NCBI GenBank assembly: GCA_002269645.1
Contig: NIVC01003344.1
Coordinates: 13,521 to 77,520 of the forward strand
From: Macrostomum lignano
Taxonomy: Eukaryota
Reading direction: 5' to 3'
DNA: 64,000 bases
Shown here: piece by piece, positions 30,001 through 41,700 of the stretch
Numbering within the stretch: the first letter of the stretch is position 1
Layout of the letters: every line of letters starts with the position of its first letter
The notes under the pieces: model-generated
The model's database searches: none
Seen by the model: the letters and a program-made list of their open reading frames with translations, nothing else
Told to the model about the DNA's origin: nothing
Translations under genes and position numbers: made by a program

Positions 30001-31167
30001 CCACAGTCTTCCAGAACGAAGTCAGCTTGCTATCAGCTCTTGCGCTGCAGAGCTGAACGCCAAGGGTACGACATGAGAGACTATTGTCATCCACTCTGAT
30101 AGCCAAGCGGCCTTACAGGCCCTTTGCCACACCACAACGAACTCCCGGACAGTCGCCGACTGCGTCCGGCAGCTCAACCTCCTGGCCAGTAGCAATACTG
30201 TCAGGCTGAAGTGGATCCCAGGGCACGCAGGGTTTCCGGGGAACGAGCTGACAGACCCTCGCCAAGAGGGGCCGCTCTGGCTTTTTTTGGGCCTGCCCCC
30301 CTTAGCCTGGTCCCTATGCCCTCGACGGTCATCAATCGTCAGATCGAGGACTGGACTGACTCCCTCCACAGGGACAGATGGGCGGGGCACCCAAAACTGC
30401 CGACAATCTCGTGCCGCGGTTCCGTGCCCCTCCCGCAGGCTTAGAAACGTCCTTCTGAACCAAAATCTGAAGGATATTCGAGCCCTAGCCATGACCTTTA
30501 CCGGCCATGCTTCCTCTGAGGCGATCTCGAGAGTGAGCTTTGCCCCTTTTTCGAGTACGACAATGAAGATGCTCAGCACTTTGTTCGTCACTGCCCTTTC
30601 TTTACCAGAGACCGGCTACGCTACCTCGGGCCGAACCCGTCCATTGACGAAATCTGCCAGCCCGACAGCATCCCACGGCTCATCCAGTTCCTTCGGGCGA
30701 CTAGACGAGCCAGTTTCTTCCCAACGGAAGATCACTCTGCAGGACGGACCGGCGGACCACCCTGACCGGCCCCACGCCTCTGCCTGTCTGCGGGTCTTCA
30801 GGGGCTAGCGGAATGGGCGAACCACCCTGCAGCTAATCCCGCCCACCGAGACTTCCCCGCCGAGACTCTACCCTTGCGACTTTCCAACAGCGTCCAGGCG
30901 AGGTCAGGAGAGGTCAAAGCAGAAAGCGTCAGTCCGTCAGTAATATCCCCAGATGTTAAACACGCAACAGACTAACAGAATTGTATAACTTTTTTAATTT
31001 GTACGTAAAACTCTAACTGACCTTGGCCTTGGATGAACAACGATACTCGTAGCATGTTTCCGACCGTATAACGCTTCCGTATGCGACCAGAGCAGCTCGA
31101 CTAGCAATCCGCTTAGCAACAGGATAGCAACGCAGTTGACCGCCGCTTTGATCTGGCAGCAGGGCAT
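27051..31167 (-). CDS. Beta-1,3-galactosyltransferase family (GT31), type II membrane protein (exons 31167-31022, 29881-29527, 28544-28399, 27540-27051)
   Basis: N-terminal signal anchor (AAVNCVAILLLSGLLVELLW) and GT31 motifs RSLVRQTWG, ESAKFGDI, EDTYQCLTLK|ILSFLRWYSQNC...YLLKSDHDS, YPNYVLGGPGYLIS, LEDVYITGILA. All junctions are GT-AG and phase-consistent. Confidence 0.9.
28155..28375. repeat. 22-bp intronic minisatellite (GATTACAGTAAACCCTTCTGTA)
   Basis: About 10 copies. Confidence 0.92.
28635..29445. repeat. 22-bp intronic minisatellite (TCAGGGGCGCCAAACTAAGATG)
   Basis: About 35 copies in GT31 intron 2. Confidence 0.95.
29985..30930 (+). mobile_element. 5'-truncated, decayed non-LTR retrotransposon 3' end with RNase H domain
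   Basis: Frame-broken translation STVFQNEV...IVIHSDSQAALQAL...VRLKWIPGHAGFPGNELTD...AMTFTGH, typical of RNase H-bearing LINEs (I/R1/Loa-like). It lies antisense within GT31 intron 1. End points are approximate. Confidence 0.85.
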
Positions 31168-32371
31168 AATTTTCTGCTGTTGGGAAAGTTGGGAAGGCTG
31201 CTTCAATGCGCGTAGGCCCAAATGGGCTGCAAAACGCTATATTATAAGCAAGCAATTTAATAATCAGTGCGGAAAGTGGAAACCCAGCGCTAAAAGATAG
31301 ATTTCTTAGTACTCTATGGTCCAAACCATGGGCTTTAGAGCAACCAATTTAATAATCCAAAGCACTCAATTATAGTTATTCTAAGCGTGTTGAAACTGCA
31401 ATTGTCTATGGCTGGCTTCAATCAACAAAGAACTCGTGTGCATATGAGTATTTAGTTAATGTTATACCACTTACGCTCGAAACGCTGTCTGACTTGTAGA
31501 ATATCTTATTTAAACTACTTTAATTTTGCGGGATGTATTCAGATAAATTCCGGAGCCATACTTGTATGTCTATGGTTGAAGTTGGGGATGGGGGTGTGGG
31601 GGCGAAGCCCCCACATTCTTACCATAGACAAAATTTCATTAAGAAATTTCTCGAGTCACGAAGGAAGAGAAGAGAGAAGCTCGCTTATTTAGATACATAC
31701 AATAATTCTAGCAATATTCCGGGAAAGTGATCGATTAAATCCCGCAAAATAAAATCTATGTCAATAATCTCCCTGAAAGTGAGCTTTAAAGTGGTTTAAT
31801 TAATTATCAGTTACTATTTCTTCGATTCACAAAAAAAGAAGTTTTGGCCATAGACAATTTCTTAGATTTCATTCTTTCTCTAGAGTGCTGTTGTGCAAAT
31901 GTGGGGGGGGCTCAGGCCCCACACCCCCACAAGGGGGCTTGGCGCTCCTTTGACCCCGCTGTCTTCTGACTTTGCCACAGACATTTTCAGCGGGCCGTGA
32001 AACCGACTGAATGCAGGAGTAAATGGGATTTTACCATAGACAGTCTCAGCGGACCGTGAAACTACAGCTATAGCTCTACCTATAGCTCGTTTCTGCCCTC
32101 TGCAGCCCATCAATATTGGTGTATTAGTCATTTAGACTTGTGTCGCATTTAAACACTGTATTTTGGGAGACAAAACAATGAAGCACAGACAGTTTGAGAA
32201 AGAAAACAGAGCACAACTGAACCGACAACTGATAGGATCGGACATAAAATTAGCAAAAGCGGGTCAGTGAAATGAAGCGCCTTGTCGACGCCTTCGGGTT
32301 TGTGACCGAGTTGAGCAGCTCCCCCGATGAGCACCTGGAATAGGTCGGCAGTCAGTGTCTGGCTCACGATC

Positions 32372-34954
32372 TCATGGTATGGTGAACCAGTCCAAGATCC
32401 GGTGAAACCTCCTGGATGATGGGGTCACATCAGTCAGCCACTGGACGAATTCCTGCCTCCATGTGCTTTGTCTAAGCTTTTGCTTATTGTGGCCACTCAA
32501 GACCATGGTGTCTCGCAGATATTTTATTTGTTTGCGCTTCATCAGCAGTGACAAAGCTTTCTCCGTCTTCTTTGAAAAGCTCGCTTGGCTTCCTTGTCTT
32601 CTACCATGTTGAATGCGTGCGTCTATTTGTAGCCAGTGCAACACAAGTAACTGTTTGAGTGAGGCTAGTCTGGGGGAGCGGGGCTAATCTGGGGGAGCGG
32701 GGCTAATTTCGGGGGAGTGGAGCTACTCTGGGGGAGTGGGGCTAATTTCGGGGGAGTGGGGCTAATTTCGGGGGAGTGGGGCTAATTTCGGGGAGTGGGG
32801 CTAATCTGGGGGAGTGGGGCTAATTTCGGGGAGTGATGCTAATCTGGGGGAGTGGGGCTAATTTCGGGGAGTGGGGCTAATCTGGGGGAGTAGGGCTAAT
32901 TTGGGGGAGTGAGGCTAATCTGGGGGAGTGGGGCTAATTTGGGGGAGTGGGGCTAATTTGGGGGATTGAGCCTAATATGAAGGGAGTGGGGCTAATCTGG
33001 GGGAGTGGGGCTAATTTCGGGGGAGTGGGGCTAATCTGGGGAGTGGGGCTAATTTGGGGGGAGTGAGGCTAATCTGGGGGAGTGGGGCTAATTTGGGGGA
33101 GTGGGGCTAATCTGGGGGAGTGGGGCTAATTTGGGGGAATGAGGCTAATCTGGGGGAGTGGGGCTAATTTGGGGGAGTGGGGCTAATTTGGGGGATTGAG
33201 CCTAATATGAGGGAGTGGGGCTAATTTGAGGGAGTGGGGCTAATTTGAGGGAGTGGGGCTAATTTGAGGGAGTGGGGCTAATTTGGGGGAGTGGGGCTAA
33301 TTTGTGGGATTGAGCCTAATATGAGGGAGTGGGGCTAATTTGAGGGAGTGGGGCTAATTTGGGGGAGTGGGGCTAATTTGGGGGAGTGAGGCTAATCTGG
33401 GGGAGAGTGGGGCTAATCAGAGTGGAATGTAATCTGGGGAGTGAGGCTATGTTGTGAATCACGATATAGGCTAGTATATTTCTCGAGCATTAATTAATGA
33501 CTCAAGCCAATGCGCGATCACGAGCTGTTTAATGCACGCCTTTTCACATTTAAACTGTGTTACAATGAAAAATCTGTATATTGACTTCTAAATAAAGTAA
33601 TCAATTTCAGGTCAGAAAAGAATGCCCTGATAAAGTACACACAAAGGTCACAGTCTAAGATTCAAAATAGTCCCAAAAAATCTTGTTTTAAAATTAAGTC
33701 AACGACAATTATCGTTTTCGTGCGCTAGAAATGATGATAGCGGAAAAGACACTAAAGCGAGATGCTCTGGGTCGATATATTTATGGATTTCAGTGAAGAA
33801 GCTATATTATAGAAAAAAATTGGCTATTTAGGGTGATTTAGATAAGCTTTCTTGGCTGATGGGATAAACATCTATATATAGGATAATATAAATATAGATT
33901 AGTACGAGTCACGCGGGGTGAGTTGCTGAGATGTCATGGCTCACGCGGGTGAGTTGCTGAGATGTCATGGCTCATGCGGGGTGAGTTGCTGAGATGTCAT
34001 GGCTCACGCGGGGGGAGTTGCTGAGATGTCATGGCTCACGCGGGGGGGGTTGCTGAGATGTCATGGCTCACGGGGGGGAGTTGCTGAGATGTCATGGCTC
34101 ACGGGGGGGAGTTGCTGAGATGTCATGGCTCACGGGGGGAGTTGCTGAGATGTCATGGCTCACGGAGGGAATTGCTGAGAGTTCAAGGCTCACGGAGGGA
34201 ATTGCTGAGAGTTCAAGGCTCACGGAGGGAATTTCTGAGAGTTCAAGGCTCACGGAGGGAATTGCTGAGAGTTCAAGGCTCACGGAGGGAATTGCTGAGA
34301 GTTCAAGGCTCACGGAGGGAATTGCTGAGAGTTCAAGGCTCACGGAGGGAATTGCTGAGAGTTCAAGGCTCACGGAGGGAATTGCTGAGAGTTCAAGGCT
34401 CACGGAGGGAATTGCTGAGAGTTCAAGACTCATGGAGGGAGTTGCTGAGAGTTCAAGGCTCACGGAGGGAATTGCTGAGAGTTCAAGGCTCACGGAGGGA
34501 ATTTCTGAGAGTTCAAGGCTCACGGAGGGAATTGCTGAGAGTTCAAGGCTCACGGAGGGAATTGCTGAGAGTTCAAGACTCATGGAGGGAGTTGCTGAGA
34601 GTTCAAGACTCATGGAGGGAATTGCTGAGAGTTCAAGACTCATGGAGGGAGTTGCTGAGAGTTCAAGACTCATGGAGGGAATTGCTGAGAGTTCAAGACT
34701 CATGGAGGGAGTTGCTGAGAGTTCAAGACTCATGGAGGGAATTGCTGAGAGTTCAAGGCTCACGGAGGGAATCACTGATATGGTGGGGCTCATGAAAGAG
34801 TTGCTGAATCATCAAAGGGATACAATCAGGGTCAGGGTTAAGCTACTAAGATGCTCCTTGACACTCGGTTAGCGCTCTCTGACCTGAGCTTTGGTATAGG
34901 ACAGGATGTGAAATAGAATTTATAGCAAAGGGTACTCACCACTGCTAATTTCAT
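32372..34954 (-). CDS. Candidate small secreted protein, ~97 aa (exons 34954-34940, 32650-32372)
   Basis: A strong donor (GTG|GTGAGT at 34939) and an acceptor (ctcaaacag| at 32651) join in frame to give MKLAVLLVLHWLQIDARIQHGRRQ...WFTIP*. The N-terminus is signal-peptide-like. No homologue recognised. Confidence 0.45.
32665..33445. repeat. ~20-bp G-rich minisatellite (GGGGAGTGGGGCTAATTTG)
   Basis: About 38 copies. Confidence 0.95.
33912..34775. repeat. 30-bp minisatellite (GCTCACGGAGGGAATTGCTGAGAGTTCAAG)
   Basis: About 28 copies with a gradient of variants; source of repetitive ORFs. Confidence 0.96.
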
Positions 34955-35311
34955 CCAGTTGCAATGAAGCCAATTAATATATATAAAGAAAACTGTAAAT
35001 ATTATATACGAGCTACTAGCGCAGCAAGCACTGAATTCAATGAGGATTTGCAGTCACTGTATCGTTTGTCCCGATTGAATTATATAACATGGGCAAGGTT
35101 GCACGATATGCCTAGGTGTTCACTCTGGGCCAATGAGGTGCGCTGGCTATTGGATAGATTTTTTATGTTTCCACGTGAAAACGTTTGACTCTGAGCAGAA
35201 TACGAACTGTTCTGTAAAATTAGCTCAAAATTATGATAAGACAGAGGGCAGAAATTAAAAATTTGGTGCTTAGTCAGACAAGAACAATGGTTCCAAATAT
35301 CCAAATATCCA

Positions 35312-36220
35312 GCTTTGGCGCCACCTTTCTCAAAGTTTTGGCGCCCCTTTCTCGAAGCCTTGGCGCCCCCTTTATCGAAGCTTTGGCGCCCTTTTTCTCT
35401 AAGCTTTGGCGCCCCCTTTATCGAAGCTTTAGCGTTCCCTTTATCGAAGCTTTGGCGCCCCTTTCTTGAAGCCTTGGCGCCCCTTTCTTGAAGCCTTGGC
35501 GCCCCCTTTATCGAAGCCTTGGCGCCCCCTCTATCGAAGCTTTGGCGCCCCCTTTCTCGAAGCTTTGGCGCCCCCCTTTCTCGAAGCTTTGAAGCCCCCT
35601 TTTCTCAAAGCTTTGGCGCCCCCTCTATCGAAGCTTTGGCGCCTCTTTATTCGAAGCTTTGGCGCCCCTTTCTTGAAGCCTTGGCGCCCCTTTCTTGAAG
35701 CCTTGGCGCCCCCGTTATCGAAGCCTTGGCGCCCCCTCTATCGAAGCTTTGGCGCCCCCTTTCTCGAAGCTTTGGCGTCCCCCTTTCTCGAAGCTTTGAA
35801 GCCCCCTTTTCTCGAAGCTTTGGCGCCCCCTCTATCGAAGCTTTGGCGCCTCTTTATTCGAAGCTTTGGCGCCCCTTTTCTCGAAGCTTTGGCGCCCCTT
35901 TTCTCGAAGCTTTGGCGCCCCCTCTATCGAAGCTTTGGCGCTTCCTCTATCGAAGCTTTGGCGCCCCCTTTCTCGAAGCTTTGGCGCTTCCTCTATCGAA
36001 GCTTTGGCGCCCCCTCTATCGAAGCTTTGGCGCCCCTTTATTCGAAGCTTTTGCGCCCCCTCTATCGAAGCTTTGGCGCCCCCTCTATCGAAGCTTTGGC
36101 GCCCCCTCTATCGAAGCTTTGGCGCCCCCTCTATCGAAGCTTTGGCGCCCCCTCTATCGAAGCTTTGGCGCCCCTTTCTCGAAGCCTTGGCGCCCCCTTT
36201 ATCAAAGCTTTGGCGCCCCT
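35312..36220. repeat. ~23-bp minisatellite (GAAGCTTTGGCGCCCCCTCTATC)
   Basis: About 40 copies. Confidence 0.95.
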
Positions 36221-36889
36221 TGAGTTGAGTGGCACCCTTTTAGACGTGCTCAGTCGAGAAGAAAAAACATTTAAAGAAAAAGGCAAAAAATTGTATATGC
36301 AGCTCGTAAAACTGAAACGCTGATTAATGTGAATTGAAAAATTTAGGTTCCAATTCGGGGTTGCTTTCAAGAAATAGGATTTTTCCGTTCGAATTTTTCT
36401 ATGGCAAAACCCCATTTAGCGCTATGCGGTCTCCAGAGCATGCTAATGATAGATAAAATATATATGTACGTTACTTTCTGGACTCCAGCTTATTTCTAAA
36501 AAATAGAATGTGGCGTCCTTCTATTTCAGCTGTTCAATTGTGACAATTGACGCAACAAAATATTTCTTGTTTTCCAGCCTTGATTTGAGCTTCCTATATC
36601 GAAGGCAACTCTGAGAACATTGTTGTAAAAGTGTTGCACAGTGAATCGAAGCATTAGCGATACAAGGCATACAATGCCTTTTGCCGTAGTACCCTTGGGA
36701 GAGGAAAGAATTAAAAATTAAATTGCTCATTCATGCGTTATTCCTACATTGCACACCTTAGCTGCGCGGAAAGGAACTCAAACACATTTTTTAACAGCGC
36801 TTTGCATGGTCGAAATGTGGGACATACGGAGCAATGTTATGCAGCTCTGCGTTCAAGCAACCGTGTGGGTTTTAGCAATAATTGAGTAA

Positions 36890-37065
36890 AAGGTTGTTTA
36901 TAAGTGCGATTCTCAGACTGTTTATAGGGGCGATTCTCAGGCTGTTTATAGTGGCGATTGTCAGGCTGTTTATAGGGGCGATTGTCAGGCTGTTTATAGG
37001 GGCGATTGTCAGGCTGTTTATAGGGGCGATTCTCAGGCTGTTTATAGGGGCGATTGTCAGGCTGT
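36890..37065. repeat. 24-bp minisatellite (TTGTCAGGCTGTTTATAGGGGCGA)
   Basis: About 7 copies. Confidence 0.9.
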
Positions 37066-37394
37066 CAAATTTTATTCCAATATGGAACAAAGATAATTTC
37101 CAATTAATTCTTCTCGTAGTCAGTCTACGTCACACAAAGCAGTCACAAATGCTACTTGCGTTGCGCGTGCAAGGTCTTTGTTACCTAGATCTTACAGAAG
37201 ACTTCGCGCAAGCAGTATTGCTTTGGCGCAGGGGCTAAGCTTATAGCAGCGCCACGCTTAGCAAAACTGCGATTTTTCGTTCTTTCCACGGAGGTTGACG
37301 TTTTTGTGGCGTGAAAAGCTTTTGCTAGTTCTTGTAGAATCCTGAGCATCTTTCACGTACCTCGTGACCCTGGCTGGAGACCTTATAATTTTAT

Positions 37395-37668
37395 GATCCT
37401 AGCTATAGACCCTTATGATCCAGCTATTAGACCCTATGCTCCAGCTATTAGACCCTATGCTCCAGCTATTAGACTCTATGATCCCAGCTATAGACCCTAT
37501 GATCCCAGCTATAGACCCTATGATCCCAGCTATAGACCCTATGATCCCAGCTATAGACCCTATGATCTAGCTATAGACCCTATGATCTAGCTATAGACCC
37601 TATGACCCTAGCTATAGACCCTATGGTCTAGCTATAGACCCTATGACTTTAGCTATAGACCCTATGAC
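37395..37668. repeat. ~21-bp minisatellite (CTATAGACCCTATGATCCCAG), interrupted by a MITE and continuing degenerate to ~38120
   Basis: Direct inspection. Confidence 0.9.
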
Positions 37669-37840
37669 CATGCTTGGGCGCAACCTAGGGATTCACCCGG
37701 CCGTTTCTATTGGCAACACACACACGTAAGTCGCTATTGGACAGAATAGTAGTCACGTGACTGCTCTCAGCCAATAGCGACTTACATGTGTGTGTTGCCA
37801 ATAGAAACGGCCGGGTGATTCCCAAGGTTGCGCATGTATG
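37669..37840. mobile_element. 172-bp hairpin MITE of the hAT-like family
   Basis: 8-bp TSD CCTATGAC (37661-37668, 37841-37848), right TIR GGTTGCGCATGTATG with a variant left TIR, and near-perfect internal inverted arms containing TAAGTCGC. Confidence 0.88.
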
Positions 37841-38751
37841 CCTATGACCCTAGCTATAGATCCTGCATTCATAATCCTAGCTTTAGACCTTACATATACG
37901 TTCCTGGTCATTCCATATGATCACGTGCGCAAAATTATAATCGTGCATGAAACAACTTACAAAATTTCTTAGCACACAAATGGTCCATAAGTGTCCATTT
38001 CTCGTGGAATGAACCTCCTAGACATATCCATGATTCTACCTATAGATTTGATGATACTACCCATATACCCTATGATCCTAGCCATGTACCCTATAGATCC
38101 TATGATTTAGCTATAGACCATATTCCTGTAACTCATAATCCAAGTAGCAGGCCCCATGCTCATATAAACATACCGGGTCGTTATTAAGAAGTGTTTATAT
38201 ATGTAAGTGTACTGTTTACCTGCTCATAAAGAAACTGGTAAAGACTACTATGATAAGTAGTATTTAGCTTGAGACTATCCAGTGTTCATTGATAAAAGCA
38301 ACGAACGAGACCAGAGACATTTTGCAACACTGAAACACAATTATTTGTTAAAGAACTTTTTTTTAATTGCTTAGTTGGCTTGTAGTAAATGTTGCAGATT
38401 TGATTAATAATTAACGAAAGATATATTAGATTATTTAATAGAAAAACAAACACAGCATAGGATAAGCATACAGAGCTCACTAGTACTACTTTTGTAAGTA
38501 GCCATGCAGGATAAGTAGCAGCACTGGCGCAACAATGTTAGATATTTTTACGATACCCTAGGTTAACCTGAATATTAATATTACCTACATATAATCCCAA
38601 AAGTCAATAAGTGCCCCAATACAATACAAGCAAGTACATTAATATTAATAAACACAGCAGTGAATAAACCGGTTGATTAAAAATCAAATTCCCTACATCT
38701 TTCCCTCGTGGAAAATTCCAACTCCTTGTTGATCTGAGCAGGCAGGCAGAC

Positions 38752-41700
38752 TCAGTCCTTCTCTGCGATGCGGGTCAGGTGGTGCTCGATCTCCGGTTCA
38801 GTCAGCGCGCTGCAAATGTGGGGTGACATGCGGCTAGCAACTCGGCCCCGTGTCTGCTCTCATCAGAGATAGAGAATCTGCCTCTCCCTCAGTGCCTGAG
38901 AATCTGCCTCTCCCTCAGTGCCTGAGAATCTGCCTCTCCCTCAGTGCCTGAGAATCTGCCTCTCCCTCAGGACCTGAGAATCTGCCTCTCCCTCAGTGCC
39001 TGAGAATCTGCCTCTCCCTCAGGGCCTGAGAATCTGCCTCTCCCTCAGAGCCTGAGAATCTGCCTCTCCCTCAGGGCCTGAGAATCTGCCTCTCCCTCAG
39101 TGCCTGAGAATCTGCCTCTCCGCTCTCCCTCAGGGCCTGAGAATCTGCCTCTCCCTCAGGGCCTGAGAATCTGCCTCTCCCTCAGTGCCTGAGAATCTGC
39201 CTCTCCGCTCTCCCTCAGGGCCTGAGAATCTGCATGCATACAAAACTCTTGCTAAGCTGACGCACCGAAACCTAGGCGAGTCCTTAGTAACAACTCCGAT
39301 CTCAATCTCGCTAGGCTTGAAGTCCATGCTGTGCACATGCGACAGGCAGTTGACAACAATCTCAATAGCCTCATCCAGGCTGTAGTCAGACTTCTTCTTC
39401 ACTTTCTTCTCCAGGTAGTTCTTGGCCTCCATCTGCTTCGCGCCCACTCCGCAGGCGCGATAGCCGGCAACGAAGCCGGACGGGTCGGTTTTGAACAGCA
39501 TGGGCTGCTGCAGCTCTTCATCATAGCCGGCATAGAGCATTGAGCAGCCCAGAGGGCGCATGCCGGCACTTTGCGTGTTCACCTGACAATATTAGTTATG
39601 ATGCAATGGTTACTCTGGCATTCAGAACTGAAGCCTTTTGAGCTATCGGGAGTCATTCAGATTCATGGTTGAGTCGATTAGATTCATGGCTGAGTCATTC
39701 AGATTCAAAGCTGAGTCATTCAGATTCAGGGTTGAGTCATTCAGATTCATGGCTGAGTCATTCAGGTTCAAAGCTGAGTCATTCAGATTCAGGGTTGAGT
39801 CATTCAGACTCAGGGTTTAGTCATTCAGATTCAAAGCTGAGTCATTCAGATTCAGGGTTGAGTCATTCAGATTCATGGCTGAGTCATTCAGGTTCATGGC
39901 TGATTCATTCAGATTCATGTCTGAGTCATTCAGATTCATGGTTGCGTCATTCCAATTCAGGGTTGAGTCATTCAGATTCAGGGTTGAGTCATTCAGATTC
40001 AAGGTTGAGTCATTCAGATTCATGGCTGAGTCATTCAGATTCATGGCTGATTCATTCAGATTCCTGGCTGAGTCATTCAGATTCATGGCTGAGTAATTCA
40101 GATTCAAAGCTGAGTAATTCAGATTCACGGTTGAGTAATTCAGATTCACGGTTGAGTAATTCAGATTCACGGTTGAGTCATTCAGATTCACGGTTGAGTA
40201 ATTCAGATTCACGGTTGAGTCATTCAGATTCATGGCTGCGTCATTCCAATTCAGGGTTGAGTCATTCCGATTCAGGGTTGAGTCATTCTGATTCAGGGTT
40301 GAGTCTTGTTTCAAGGCTCTAGGACAAATAATTTTAAAATTAAACAAAACAAGCAAGCAACCCACCTGAGCTAAATCTGCCATCCTCTGCGCCAGAACGT
40401 CGCACGGCATTTCATATCCGTTTCTATTCTTAAATTTGGCCGCCTCAAACTGGGCCCGCCTCACCTGGGACCGGCAGTCAGCCAGCAGGCCGGTCATGAG
40501 GCAGCCAACTTTGTCAGTGAGGTTAAACAGCCGACTGACGCTGTCGGCTACGATAAGCTTGTCGGGGACTTTGCGCTGCGTGCCAAGGACAACACAGTCG
40601 ACGCCGCGTACACCAATAGAGGTCAAACCGTCGATGTTGATGGCCTTGAAGGCGTATTCTGGATTGGCGGTAGGTTTATGATGGGTGGGCCTGGTAAAAA
40701 TCATAAGCATTTCAAAACTGTATCCAAGAAATTTCTAACACGATTTTGAACTTTTTTGAGGCTCCATGTCTATGGCCTGAATGCATATATGCAACATTGT
40801 ATTGAGAAGCAGTGGAAAAGCTATAAATATCAATTTAATAATTTATTCACTTATTAGCTAATTTAACTGCCATTTCAAATTCAAGACATACCCAAAAAGT
40901 GCAAACCTTAAAATAAGGCCACAAATAATTAATTTGTAAATAGGTAATTATCATAAAAAATTATTTTATTCATCTATCAATTACCATGCTGCAGGTTCTG
41001 CAACACTTTCCTTATCAGTCACTGATTGCCAACTGATTCTACAATAGTAAATTTACTAGTATTACACTAGTGACATTGAGCAACATTGAGAATAAATAAA
41101 TCCACTATTTGGGCACATATCATGGGGTGAGGCTAAGCTGAGTAAAGGAAAGAGAATTTACAATTTACTTAGGTTTGTGTGTATAAAGAGTGGTAAGGTG
41201 AGATGCTACCCAATTAGGTAAAGCTTTAAAGTCTATACCTCTGCTTAGAGACATGTCTGGCTAGCTGACTAAATGTACCCAACCCCAAACAAGGCTGATG
41301 AGGGATTAAGTGTGCAGGTGTAGCAATCACAGACTGGCAGGCTGCCACACTATATTAAAATGATAATAGTACTATAGACCTAGGCTGGTACCTTTTCTAT
41401 CCATACATGTGCAACTGCTGGCCGACCTGGCCGATCTGGCCACCGTAAATTGTGGTGGACCAGGGGTAAGTTGCAAAAATGCCCACCCCAAAGAATACAG
41501 ACGTAGTACTAATTAGATGACGAGGCATTTAGCCCTTATAAGACAGTCATAGTTACTCCTGCCGTTTACCCAAAATTACGTTAATGTTGCTCTAGGGTTT
41601 CTTTCACAGGTAAGTCGCATTTCTGGTCAAAAAGTAAGTCGCATGGCCAGTGTAAATCAGGGGGGTTGCGCATGTATGTTTTCTATCTATCAATGTTTAT

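Noticed and set aside
34063-36323. 230-285-aa ORFs (TEGIAESSRL; EALAPPLSKLWRP)
   Set aside because: Products of the 30-bp and 23-bp arrays, open in several frames and on both strands.
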